Origin: an uncultured Gemmatimonadota bacterium
GTDB lineage: Bacteria; Gemmatimonadota; Gemmatimonadetes; Palauibacterales; Palauibacteraceae
Assembly: GCA_964550085.1 (NCBI GenBank)
Contig: CAZJXR010000002.1
Coordinates: 1-60,403, forward strand
DNA length: 60,403 nucleotides
Direction of reading: 5' to 3'
Made by a program: the position numbers and the translations under genes
The notes under the pieces: model-generated
Database searches by the model: none
What the model was told of the DNA's origin: nothing
The model's input: only the letters and a program-made list of their open reading frames with translations
Shown: one piece after another, positions 46,552 to 55,292 of the stretch
Position numbering within the stretch: the stretch's first letter is position 1
Layout: every line of letters begins with the position of its first letter

Positions 46552-49020
46552 TTAGTCGCAGTCAACCGTTTCGAAGTTCCGCTCGACCTCCACCACCCGC
46601 TCCGAGAGCCGCACGTCGCGGGCCGCTCGCGCTCCCTCGAACCGGACGATACGCGGCGAGCCGAGGGCCTGGTTATAGGCATTCCACGCGTCGGCCACAA
46701 CCCGGTACGCCTGCTCGACCTCGTCGCAGCTCGCCTCTTTGTTCTGGAGCGCCAGCACTTCGACGAAGTACCGATTGAGGGCGTTCGAGAGGCTGTCGCT
46801 CAGCTGGTCCAGCTTGAGCAGCAGCTCCGGACGCACGATCGACACGTCCTTCAGGTCCGCTCCGGGGCCGGCCGCAGCTGGCGCGGCGACTACCGGAGTG
46901 CGCAGCCGCTGGACCCGAGCGCGCGAAGCTCTATCTTCGACCGCCGCCTGCTGCGCCTGCCTCTCAGCCGCGGCTTGCCGAGCGCGTTCGTCGTTCAGTT
47001 CGACGACCGTGCCGTCGAGCGCCAGCACCGGCGCACCGTACGCTTGATCCGGCAGCGGGCGCGCCAGTCGCGCGACCTCGGCGGCGACCGAGGGCGGCAC
47101 TCCCTCTGCGGTTCCCCCGGAATTCGGGCCTTGAGCTCCGGGCACCTCCGTGCCGGCCCGCGCCGCCAGGCTGTCCCTCGCCGCGGAGGCAGTGCCGAGG
47201 TTGTGACCCGCCTCCGGGGTCGTGACGCTGGACGCCCGTGCCGCCCCATCGCCGTCACTCGGGGCGCCGACGACGGTCCCGGCCCCGACGGTTCCGAGCG
47301 CCGAGCCGGACTCGCGAGCGGCGTCATCTCCAGCCCCCGCGCTGCCACCGCCCACGAGCGTGGGGACGTCTGGCGGCTCGGCCCGCTCCGTCAGCAGATC
47401 GGGGACCTTGAGCGCGGCCACGACCCCGGCCGTGACCACCACGACGGCGACCGCGGCCATTCCAACCACCCGCCGGTCACGCCACCGTGGCTTCGAGCTG
47501 CCGGAGGTGCGGGCTTCTCGGCGCTTGCGGCGCCGGACCGCTGGCTTTGATGCTCGCGCCGTGTCGGTCTCGGACGCAGCCTCCGATTTCCGCTCCACCC
47601 GCTGCGCCGGGGGCGCACTGGGCCGCTGGGGTTGCACGGTCGGCTCGGGGTCCGCCGGCGCACGCGCGGGGTATGCCGCGTGCAACCCGGCCAGACGTCG
47701 ATCGACACCGTCGCCCTGACGATCAGCCAGTCTGTTGATGCTCGGCCCAGGCTCCGAGGTTAGGAGCAGGTCGGCTTCGGTTAGGAGCAGGTCGGCTTCC
47801 ACCGACTCCGACGCGCCCGCCGACCAGGGCGGCCGACCGCCGCTCGGTGGCGGCGACCCCTTCGGGAGCTCTTGCTCCGGCGCCGAGGACACCCGCCGCT
47901 CGCCCGGTTCGGCCTCGCTGCCCGGGCGCCGCCGATCGACCGTCGGGGTGTCGGTTTTCGAGCGATCCGTTCGCAGGTCGACGAAGTCGGCTGTCAACGA
48001 CGTGGGGCGCGGCGCTTCTGGCCGCGGCGCGGCGCTGTCGGGACGCGCAGGCGAAGGAGCCGGCTTCCGTCTCGGAGTCGGCGTCGTCGCCTGCTTCAGC
48101 CAGCTGGTCGAGCCGCGGTGATCGGCGTCGGGAGTTCCGGGCCTCTCTTCGCTCGCTTTCTCTTCGGCTGCGACCGCCTCGTCCGATGCCGCCCCGGCCA
48201 GCCTCTCCGACGACGCCTCGGGCGCCGGACGAGGGGCCGGCGCTGGCTTCGCCGGCTTGACGACGGTCGATGCCGGACGGGCGGGGGCATGCGTGGTAAC
48301 CCTGTCGCCCTCGTTCCCGAGTGGCACGAGTTCCGCCTCTCCTTCGCTCGCGTAATTGGCCCAATTGACGCACGTGTAGCGAACGCCGCGGGCGACGAAG
48401 GAGCGCGCGCTCAGCACTTCGTAAAACGGCCGGAGCAGATCGCCATTCAGGCCCTCAGCGGAGCTGCGGAAGAAGCCACCCAGCGGTCGCTCGGCTCGCG
48501 GCACCAGGACGAGTGCGGACTGCCACGGCTCATTGAAGTACTTGTGGTGGGTGGCGATATCGTTTTCGCTCAGTCGCACCTCGTCGACGTCGGCATGCGA
48601 GTGGAACCACCCGACCAGAGTTCCCACTCGTCGATCGAGTTTGAGCTGCATGGCGACGTAGGCCTCGGGCGGGATTTGCGGCGTGGCGGTCTCCGCAAAG
48701 CGGAAACGCGCCTCGATGGTTGAAGTGACCAGCACGTACTTGATCCCGGACTCGGGACACTCGCACAGATCGCCGACCAGAAAGCCGAACGACGACTGCA
48801 CGTCGCGCCCGCGGGCGCGCGAGATCAGCTCCGAAAAGGTGTCCTGCATCACGAACACCTCGTAGCCGGCTGATCCCGCGGTGAGGGGCTGTTCCCTGGG
48901 GCGCCACTCGATGGCGCGCACGAGTGGACGGGGACGCCAGATGTGAAGCGCCTCGCTGCCCTGCGCCCCGAGCTGACCGCCGCCGGCGATACCGCCCTGC
49001 TGCCCCGCTCCGTGTTTCAT
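46552..49020 (-). CDS. large membrane-anchored protein: N-terminal JAB/MPN-like domain, ~320-aa Pro/Ala/Arg-rich linker, one TM helix, ~285-aa C-terminal extracytoplasmic region
   Basis: Probable start is ATG 49020 (GAAGGA SD 4 nt upstream; codons 49119-49021 have AT-rich third positions). WFHSHADVDEVRLSENDI resembles JAMM HxH...SxxD. TM is VVGMAAVAVVVVTAGVVAALKV (47406-47469), preceded by RRRKRREAR...RWRDRR. Confidence 0.7.
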   Translation of the reverse strand: MKHGAGQQGGIAGGGQLGAQGSEALHIWRPRPLVRAIEWRPREQPLTAGSAGYEVFVMQDTFSELISRARGRDVQSSFGFLVGDLCECPESGIKYVLVTSTIEARFRFAETATPQIPPEAYVAMQLKLDRRVGTLVGWFHSHADVDEVRLSENDIATHHKYFNEPWQSALVLVPRAERPLGGFFRSSAEGLNGDLLRPFYEVLSARSFVARGVRYTCVNWANYASEGEAELVPLGNEGDRVTTHAPARPASTVVKPAKPAPAPRPAPEASSERLAGAASDEAVAAEEKASEERPGTPDADHRGSTSWLKQATTPTPRRKPAPSPARPDSAAPRPEAPRPTSLTADFVDLRTDRSKTDTPTVDRRRPGSEAEPGERRVSSAPEQELPKGSPPPSGGRPPWSAGASESVEADLLLTEADLLLTSEPGPSINRLADRQGDGVDRRLAGLHAAYPARAPADPEPTVQPQRPSAPPAQRVERKSEAASETDTARASKPAVRRRKRREARTSGSSKPRWRDRRVVGMAAVAVVVVTAGVVAALKVPDLLTERAEPPDVPTLVGGGSAGAGDDAARESGSALGTVGAGTVVGAPSDGDGAARASSVTTPEAGHNLGTASAARDSLAARAGTEVPGAQGPNSGGTAEGVPPSVAAEVARLARPLPDQAYGAPVLALDGTVVELNDERARQAAAERQAQQAAVEDRASRARVQRLRTPVVAAPAAAGPGADLKDVSIVRPELLLKLDQLSDSLSNALNRYFVEVLALQNKEASCDEVEQAYRVVADAWNAYNQALGSPRIVRFEGARAARDVRLSERVVEVERNFETVDCD
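47758..47799 (-). repeat. perfect in-frame 21-nt tandem duplication inside the JAB-like gene
   Basis: GGTTAGGAGCAGGTCGGCTTC x2 (47758-47778, 47779-47799), encoding EADLLLT-EADLLLT. Confidence 0.9.
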
Positions 49021-49306
49021 GAATCCTTCGCCCCGTTGCTTACTTTGCGCTGAATTCGCTGCTACTGGTGGCAACAGCCGCGACTGGAATACAGACGACT
49101 GCTCCCACCGATCGGCCACATGCCTCTGCCGCGTGGGTGCAGGCCGCTAAACGGGGCGAACTGCAGGAACGGGACCCGGGCAGCTGTCGGCAGCATGTGA
49201 TGGCCCCTATGGGGCGGAGCCTGCGGGGAGTCGTGGGGCTGGGAGCGGCCGTTGACGGGCCGCATCTCGGGCAGGTGGGAGCGGAGGCGACGGATCGGTC
49301 GAGGGT

Positions 49307-49329
49307 AAAACCGTGCACACCGCTGTGCA
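49307..49329 (-). terminator. short hairpin plus T-run after the dipeptidase gene (weak terminator candidate)
   Basis: Minus strand after the TAA stop (49336-49334): TGCACA-gcgg-TGTGCA (6 bp), then CGG TTTT. The stem is short, so confidence is low. Confidence 0.3.
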
Positions 49330-49333
49330 AAAG

Positions 49334-50203
49334 TTATCCGCGCCGGCTCCGCTCCTCATCACCCGCCCGCAGCTCGGAGAAGCTGGCGTTCATGAGCGGG
49401 TAGCGGCGCCAGTCCGTATAGTCGAAATGCCACCATTCGTTCTCGAACACGATGAACCCTTCCGCCTCCATGGCGCGGCGGAGCAGGTCGCGCGCCTCGC
49501 GAGCCGCGCGCGACCCTCCCGCATAGTCCGGAGCGGCGCGCTCACTGAACTCGTCGTAGTCGCTCGGCATGGTAACGGGCTCACCGGTGTCCAGTCGGAA
49601 CAGGCTCACGTCGACGGCCGCGCCACGATTGTGCCGTGATCCGGTGGCGGGATCGGCCACGAAATCGCGGAGATTCGCGGGGGTCGCGTCCCAGAACATC
49701 CGGGTGACGTACCACGGACGGTACGCATCGTGGATGAGCAGCCCGAAGCCGAAGGCCGCCAGCGATCGGTGCGCCCGGACCAGCGCTTCGGCCGCCGGAC
49801 GCTGCAGGAAGGCGCCGGGCGTCTCGTACATGCGGGTGGCGAGGAAGTTGTTCTCCCCCGCATAGCGGATGTCGAAACGGAACCCCGCCTCGAGCCCGGT
49901 GAGGTCAACCAGGTCCGGTGGCAGGAAATCGCCCTCCTCGAGGGGCGGTCGCGCTGCTCGGGCCTCCGCCCGCAGCTCCTCGATCGGCCGGTGGGGCCGG
50001 ATGCGGAACGGCCAGCGCGACGTCGGTTCTGCCGCAACCGAGTCTCTCGCGGCGCCGTTGACCGCCGGAGCCGAGTCGGTCGCAACCGCGACACCGGTGC
50101 GGCCGCCGTCGCCGCATCCGATCGCGAACCCGACCAGCAGCGCGAGCCAGCGGGTGGCGCCGCGACCCGATCTTGCTCTCGGATCGCGCAAGGTGTTATG
50201 CAT
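49334..50203 (-). CDS. D-alanyl-D-alanine dipeptidase (M15D, VanX/DdpX-like), lipoprotein
   Basis: Lipobox LVGFAIGC. IRYAGENNF, LIHDAYRPW, SRHNRGAAVD (SxHxxGxAxD zinc motif), ENEWWHFDY. Confidence 0.85.
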   Translation of the reverse strand: MHNTLRDPRARSGRGATRWLALLVGFAIGCGDGGRTGVAVATDSAPAVNGAARDSVAAEPTSRWPFRIRPHRPIEELRAEARAARPPLEEGDFLPPDLVDLTGLEAGFRFDIRYAGENNFLATRMYETPGAFLQRPAAEALVRAHRSLAAFGFGLLIHDAYRPWYVTRMFWDATPANLRDFVADPATGSRHNRGAAVDVSLFRLDTGEPVTMPSDYDEFSERAAPDYAGGSRAAREARDLLRRAMEAEGFIVFENEWWHFDYTDWRRYPLMNASFSELRAGDEERSRRG

Positions 50204-50218
50204 CGAGCCGTGTTCGGC

Positions 50219-50395
50219 TCAGACCTCCCGCACCACCGCGCGGAGCCGTTCCGCCAGCTCCGGAGGCACCTGGTCCATGCCGTGCACGTGCTTCGCATGC
50301 GCGGCGACCAGCTCCATCAGCTCTTCTTCGGTCTCGGCCCAGGCCGTGAAGTCACAGTCATTCCCGACGTCGGCACAGCTGACCTGCTTCGCCAT
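50219..50395 (-). CDS. DUF1059-family small metal-binding protein (58 aa)
   Basis: MAKQVSCADVGNDCDFTAWAETEEELMELVAAHAKHVHGM matches the DUF1059 pattern (C.D.G.DC.F......eEel......H....H). The track ORF to 50626 is over-extended. Confidence 0.75.
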   Translation of the reverse strand: MAKQVSCADVGNDCDFTAWAETEEELMELVAAHAKHVHGMDQVPPELAERLRAVVREV

Positions 50396-50491
50396 GGCAC
50401 ACCTCCCGGAGGATCGGCAGTAGTCGAATGGACGCGGACCCGAGAATGATAGGCGCGGGGGCATCGACATGACAGTGAGACAGTCGACCCG

Positions 50492-51208
50492 GTGGCGCAT
50501 TCGAGATCCGGCGCCGGCCGATCCCACTTGATCCGCCTTCGATCGTCGACTCCCGCCCTGCTCCTTGCGCTCGCCGCACCGACGGTGATCGTGGCGAGCG
50601 CGCTTCTCGGCGCGCACAGCGTGCACGTCGCCTTCGCGGCCTACCTGCTCGGCGGATGCGTACTCGGTCCGTGGTTACTGCTCGGTGCGCGACCGCTATC
50701 GGCGCGCGGGGGGATGCCGTGGGCACGCGCGGGTCTTCTCGTCGACCGTGTGGGCTGGAAGCTGTGGCTGTTGTTCGGCCCCGTCTTCTTCATCGTCTAT
50801 ATCGCTATTCGTCGGCTGGTACAGGATCCGGAGCGGTATCTGGCGCAGCTACGAACGCTCGGATGGCGCGACGAGCACGAGCTCCTTTACGGAGCCGCCT
50901 TTCTCCTCCTCATCCCGCTGTTCGAAGAGTGGTGGTGGAGGGGTCAGGCCGTGCCGCGCTGCGTGGACCGCTTCGGCCGCCGGAGTGGCGTCATCATCGC
51001 GGCCCTCGCGTACGCCGCCTATCACGCTTTCACGCTGGCCGTTCTGTACGAACCCCGAGCGGCGTGGCTCCGCTGGCTGGCGATCCTGGTCGCGGGCTGG
51101 GCATGGAGCGAGATCGCGTGGCGCCGCCGGCAGTGGTCCGGCGTCTACCTCGCCCACCTCGGCGCCGACATGGCGATCGTGGCGGCCTTCCTGTTGTTCG
51201 TCAGCTGA
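50492..51208 (+). CDS. CPBP-family intramembrane glutamic endopeptidase (CAAX protease-like)
   Basis: Polytopic membrane protein with LIPLFEEWWWRG (EExxxR motif 1), AYAAYH (motif 2 His) and YLAHLGADM (motif 3 His). GTG start is uncertain. Confidence 0.75.
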   Translation: MAHSRSGAGRSHLIRLRSSTPALLLALAAPTVIVASALLGAHSVHVAFAAYLLGGCVLGPWLLLGARPLSARGGMPWARAGLLVDRVGWKLWLLFGPVFFIVYIAIRRLVQDPERYLAQLRTLGWRDEHELLYGAAFLLLIPLFEEWWWRGQAVPRCVDRFGRRSGVIIAALAYAAYHAFTLAVLYEPRAAWLRWLAILVAGWAWSEIAWRRRQWSGVYLAHLGADMAIVAAFLLFVS

Positions 51209-52220
51209 GATCGACTACCAACGTCGGCACCTCCCACCGTCTCCACGGCTGGCTCGGGACGACCGTGAAGCGGAGCCACATGCCAGCGATGGCCCTCCCG
51301 GGGACGTAGCACACGATCGCGAACTCGCCGACCTCGCCCGCCACGAATGCGAGCGCTTCCGAACCGCCGGTCGGCGTCGCCTTCTCCAGCGAGGTTGGAT
51401 GGGTGCTGATCGCGCCGCGGAACACGGAACTCGGATCCTCCCAGACGGCCGGGAACTCCGACCGCAACCGCTCGATTCCGAAGCTGTGGGCGGAGAGGGG
51501 ATCCCGGTTGCGGAAGTTCACCCGCACCTCATAGCCGAGCGGCACGACGAGCTCAGCCCGCCCGTGAGCGAACCCGTTGTAGTTCCAGTGCCCGTTGGCT
51601 TCCGTCGCGCCGGCCGTAATCTCCAGGCTGACGCGACGACTGTTTGCCTCGATCCGCATCCAGGCGGGCACCGCGCCGGAACCCGATTCGAAACCCGAAG
51701 CGGGATTCAGTAACGAGGAGTCCGCCGCGGCCGTCGGCCCGGCCTCGAGAACATGGGGATCAGAATCGGAGCTCTGCGGGCCTCCGACCAGTGCCAGCAC
51801 ACCTACCCATGCCTCACGCCCGCTGCGAGCGAATCGAACACGGACCGGGCGTCCGAGCCCCGCCTCGGTCAGCGCCGCGAGCCGCGCGAGACGCTCCTCC
51901 GATGCGGGCAGCTCGCGCTGCTCCAGGATGACCACCTCTTCGCCCTCGACCGTAAGCGCGCAGCCGGGCGTCTCGCGTGCCGCCCGTTGCGCCGCGACCT
52001 GCCCTCCTTCAAGAACCGCCTCGTTCACCGATCCGAGGGAGGCCCGGTCGAGGCAGAAAGGATATCCACCGAGCGCAATCGCGTCGTAATGAGCGACCGG
52101 GGTGTGCGACTCTGCCGCACACCCGGCGACCACCGGAAGCATGAGGGAAAGGCCGAGAAGCCGGACGAACGCGGGGGCCGGGGCGGCGCTGTGCCCGTAC
52201 TTCGCGCGTCGTGCTCGCAC
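51201..52220 (-). CDS. lipoprotein with C-terminal sulfocyanin/rusticyanin-like cupredoxin domain (atypical Cu site)
   Basis: Lipobox LPVVAGC. C-terminal domain: NYNGF..G...LVVPLGYEVRVNFRNRDPLSAHSFGI ... FAIVCYVPGRAIAGMW (cupredoxin C-x-x-P-G-[H]-x-x-x-G-M loop with Arg at the His position). Confidence 0.6.
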   Translation of the reverse strand: MRARRAKYGHSAAPAPAFVRLLGLSLMLPVVAGCAAESHTPVAHYDAIALGGYPFCLDRASLGSVNEAVLEGGQVAAQRAARETPGCALTVEGEEVVILEQRELPASEERLARLAALTEAGLGRPVRVRFARSGREAWVGVLALVGGPQSSDSDPHVLEAGPTAAADSSLLNPASGFESGSGAVPAWMRIEANSRRVSLEITAGATEANGHWNYNGFAHGRAELVVPLGYEVRVNFRNRDPLSAHSFGIERLRSEFPAVWEDPSSVFRGAISTHPTSLEKATPTGGSEALAFVAGEVGEFAIVCYVPGRAIAGMWLRFTVVPSQPWRRWEVPTLVVDLS

Positions 52221-52244
52221 AGGTTCGGTGCTCGTGGCCGGGTG

Positions 52245-52847
52245 CTATGGCGCCGCAGGCGGCGCGCCACCTCCCGGGAGAGGAGTCGGCTCCATCGGGG
52301 AGGCGGCGAACGCGCCCCGGATGGCGATCACTCCGGGAGTCGGAGGCGCCGAGCTCGAGAACAAGGTGCCCTGGGCGCTGAACGTGAAGCTGCCGCGGAC
52401 CCGCTCGCGGGTCGATTCCCTTATCGTCAGGGTGCCGACCGCCGACGTACCGATGAACCCGCTTCCGGCGTCCCCGACGTTGACCACCACGATCGCTCCC
52501 GCCACCCCTTCCAGGTCGCCGTTCTGATCGATTAAGGAAAGAGAGTAGTCACCCGGGGCCGGGCGCCGTCCGCGCACGATGAACTCGATCCCCTCGAGGG
52601 CGCCGGCCGGACCCGTACTGAGATCGAGCACGAACGCGTCCTCCGCTCCGTCCGTGCCGGCCACCGTCCAGAAGCCGCCCGCCTCGCCGTCGATCGTCCG
52701 GCTGAGGTCGCCGGAGACTTCGATCGAGAAACCGCTCTGCGGCGGTTCACCCCCCACCGGACCGGTCGGATCGTCCCCGCCACAGCCGACAAGGAGCGGA
52801 AGCGCGGCGAGCAGGACAGCCGGCGGGAAAGCGGAGCCCCCGGTCAT
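52245..52847 (-). CDS. hypothetical lipoprotein (200 aa)
   Basis: Start ATG 52847: MTGGSAFPPAVLLAALPLLVGCGG (lipobox). Beta-rich Gly/Ser/Thr composition with no motif recognised. The track ORF to 53174 is over-extended. Confidence 0.5.
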   Translation of the reverse strand: MTGGSAFPPAVLLAALPLLVGCGGDDPTGPVGGEPPQSGFSIEVSGDLSRTIDGEAGGFWTVAGTDGAEDAFVLDLSTGPAGALEGIEFIVRGRRPAPGDYSLSLIDQNGDLEGVAGAIVVVNVGDAGSGFIGTSAVGTLTIRESTRERVRGSFTFSAQGTLFSSSAPPTPGVIAIRGAFAASPMEPTPLPGGGAPPAAP

Positions 52848-52975
52848 CGGTGTCCCGGGCCAGGTGGTGGCCGACTGCGGTGGAGAGTGCGCCATCGACG
52901 AGGTTGGACACGGAGCGGTGCCCGTTGTTCCCGAGTCTGTTCCAGACCCTCCGCGCATGTTCGGGCGGCGCGGCG

Positions 52976-53593
52976 CTAGTCGTCGTAGCGAACGCCGAGC
53001 TTGCGGACCTGCTCTTCCGGGCAGCCTGTCCACTCCATCACATACGTGTTCCCCAGATAGCGGACGTCCTCGACCCCGATCCGGCTGGAGAAGAACCCGG
53101 TCGCGGTCAGATCCCGGAAGCTGTTGAAGAAGGCGACTCCCTGACTCAGCTCGGGCGGAGCGCGATCGGGCCACGCGATGTCATCGAGCAGTGCGGTCTG
53201 CTCCGCTTCGTCGCACTCGACGAACGGCCGCCCGAAACGCACAAGGCAGCCCCGATCGATCCAGGCGAGTCCCCCGCGCATGGCGGTCTGCCTTTCCTCC
53301 TTGACGGTCATCAGGTAGTCCATGAACTCTGGGACGCCTGCGTCGGTGGCGCTGCCGGAGCGCTCGTCGGCCGGGATGATCGCGTCGACCAGAACCCGAA
53401 CTGTCTCGTACTCGTGCGGGGTGAAGAACTGGGCTTCCTGCGCGGGCCGCACTGCCGCCCGCCCGGCGCCAGCTCTCGCCACCTCAACAGCGCGAGTCGC
53501 CGCTTCGACCTCCTGCCGGGTCCAGCTGAATGAGGCCGCGAAGGGCGCCAGGGCCAGGAGCTGGACGACCTCCCTCCGACGCATGTCGCCCAT
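52976..53593 (-). CDS. gluconate 2-dehydrogenase subunit 3 family protein (Tat-signal small subunit of the GMC oxidoreductase)
   Basis: MGDMRRREVVQLLALAPFAA twin-Arg signal. FFTPHEYETV..L.D.IIP.D..SGSATDAGV..F.D is the family pattern. ATG overlaps the stop of the upstream GMC gene (TGATG). The track ORF to 54652 is over-extended. Confidence 0.8.
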   Translation of the reverse strand: MGDMRRREVVQLLALAPFAASFSWTRQEVEAATRAVEVARAGAGRAAVRPAQEAQFFTPHEYETVRVLVDAIIPADERSGSATDAGVPEFMDYLMTVKEERQTAMRGGLAWIDRGCLVRFGRPFVECDEAEQTALLDDIAWPDRAPPELSQGVAFFNSFRDLTATGFFSSRIGVEDVRYLGNTYVMEWTGCPEEQVRKLGVRYDD

Positions 53594-55284
53594 CAGAGCG
53601 CCCCCTTCGCGCGCTGGTCCGTGATGAAATCGCTCGTTCGCCACGCGAGCGCCAGGATGGTCCAGGTGGGGTTCTTGTCCGCCTGCGACACGAACGGCCC
53701 GCCATCCACCACGAACAGGTTGTCCACCTCGTGTGCCTGGCAATTCGGGTTCAGCACTGAGGTGGCCGGGTCGGAGCCCATGCGGGTCACCCCGAGCTCG
53801 TGAATGATGCGCCCGCCGGTAGCGAGCCCGTACCCCTGCTCCCGGGTCGGCATCGGCCACCACACTTCTCCGCCCATCTCTGCGATAACGGCCCGGAACG
53901 TCTCCTGCATGTGCTTCGATTGCAGGTACTCGTGCTCGCTCCACTGCCAGTGGAAGCGGAGGACCGGGATTCCCCACTCGTCCACCACCTCGGGATCGAT
54001 CTCGCAGTAGCAGTTCTCGTTCGGAATCATCTCGCCGCGACCGGAGAAGCCGACCGTCGCGCCGTAGTACCGGCGGTAGTCCTGCTTCAGCTGCACGCCG
54101 TACCCACCACCGGGCGGATAGGACTGGATTCCACCCATGAAGCCATAGCCGGGCATGCCGCGACCGCCCCATGTCTCGATGTGGTAGCCGCGCGGAAAAC
54201 CGAGCTGCGAGTTGTCGAGCCACCACGGCATGTAGATGTGCATTCCGGCTCCGTCCTCGTTGTGCGGCACGCCGTCGACGAGGGCCGGGATGAAGCCTGC
54301 CACATCGGTGCCGGTCGTGTCGGTCAGGTACTTGCCCACCGTGCCGCTGGAGTTGGCAAGTCCGTCGCGGAAAAGCGCCGACTTCGAGTTGAGCAGAATG
54401 CGGGCGGACTCGCAGGCGCTGGCGGCGAGAACGACGATGCGTGCCCGAACGTGCTCGTCGGCGCCGGTGGTCTTGTCGATGTACGCCACCCCCGTCGCCC
54501 GGCCCCCGTCGCCGATCGTCACTTCGCGTGCCATGGCGTGTGTCCGGATGGTCAACCGTCCGCTCTTCTGGGCCGGAATGATGAGCACGTTGGTGGAGGA
54601 GAAGTTTGAGTTCGTCTTGCAGCCCCGACCGCACTGTCCGCAGTAGTGACATGCGGGCCGCCCGTTGTGCGGCCGGGTGAGGATGGACATGCGGGACGGG
54701 ATGACGGTCAGTCCCAGTTTCTCCGCCGCCCGCTTGGCGAGCAGCTCGTAGCAGCGGGGGCGCGGCGGAGGCAGGAAGACTCCGTCGGGCTCGTTGGGCA
54801 GCCCCTCGACGCTCCCGTAGATGCCGATCAGGCGATCGACGCGATCGTAATAGGGAGCGAGGTCATCGTAAGCGATCGGCCAGTCGTCCCCCAGCCCGTC
54901 GATGCTGCGGCGCCGGAAGTCGTCGGGACCGAAGCGCAGTGAGATACGGCCCCAGTGATTAGTGCGGCCGCCCAACATGCGGACCCGGAACCAGTCGAAG
55001 TTCTCACCTGCGGCCCGCGTGTACGGCTCGCCCGGCAGAGACCAGCCTCCGAGGCCGGCGTCGAACTCTCCGAACTGTCGTTCCGGTGTGGCTGCCCCGC
55101 GGAGGGGGGAATCGTACGCCCATTCGAGCATCGCCGAGTCGCGCGCGTTGTCCCACCACCGGCCGGCCTCGATCATGACCACGTCCGCGCCCGCATCGGT
55201 CAGGACTTTGGCGGCCATGCCGCCGCCCGCCCCCGAGCCGACGATGCAGACGTCGTATTCGGCGCGACGGGGAGCGATTTGCAT
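53593..55284 (-). CDS. GMC-family FAD-dependent oxidoreductase
   Basis: Start ATG 55284: MQIAPRRAEYDVCIVGSGAGGGMAAKVLTDAGADVVMIEAG (FAD GxGxxG). C-terminal HELGVTRMG...NLFVVDGGPF motif. Confidence 0.9.
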   Translation of the reverse strand: MQIAPRRAEYDVCIVGSGAGGGMAAKVLTDAGADVVMIEAGRWWDNARDSAMLEWAYDSPLRGAATPERQFGEFDAGLGGWSLPGEPYTRAAGENFDWFRVRMLGGRTNHWGRISLRFGPDDFRRRSIDGLGDDWPIAYDDLAPYYDRVDRLIGIYGSVEGLPNEPDGVFLPPPRPRCYELLAKRAAEKLGLTVIPSRMSILTRPHNGRPACHYCGQCGRGCKTNSNFSSTNVLIIPAQKSGRLTIRTHAMAREVTIGDGGRATGVAYIDKTTGADEHVRARIVVLAASACESARILLNSKSALFRDGLANSSGTVGKYLTDTTGTDVAGFIPALVDGVPHNEDGAGMHIYMPWWLDNSQLGFPRGYHIETWGGRGMPGYGFMGGIQSYPPGGGYGVQLKQDYRRYYGATVGFSGRGEMIPNENCYCEIDPEVVDEWGIPVLRFHWQWSEHEYLQSKHMQETFRAVIAEMGGEVWWPMPTREQGYGLATGGRIIHELGVTRMGSDPATSVLNPNCQAHEVDNLFVVDGGPFVSQADKNPTWTILALAWRTSDFITDQRAKGAL

Positions 55285-55292
55285 CGACCGCC

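Noticed and set aside
52976-54652. 558-aa ORF overlapping the GMC oxidoreductase gene
   Set aside because: Only the last 205 aa (from ATG 53593, twin-arginine signal) look like a real protein of the gluconate-DH subunit-3 family. The remainder is an alternate frame of the GMC gene.
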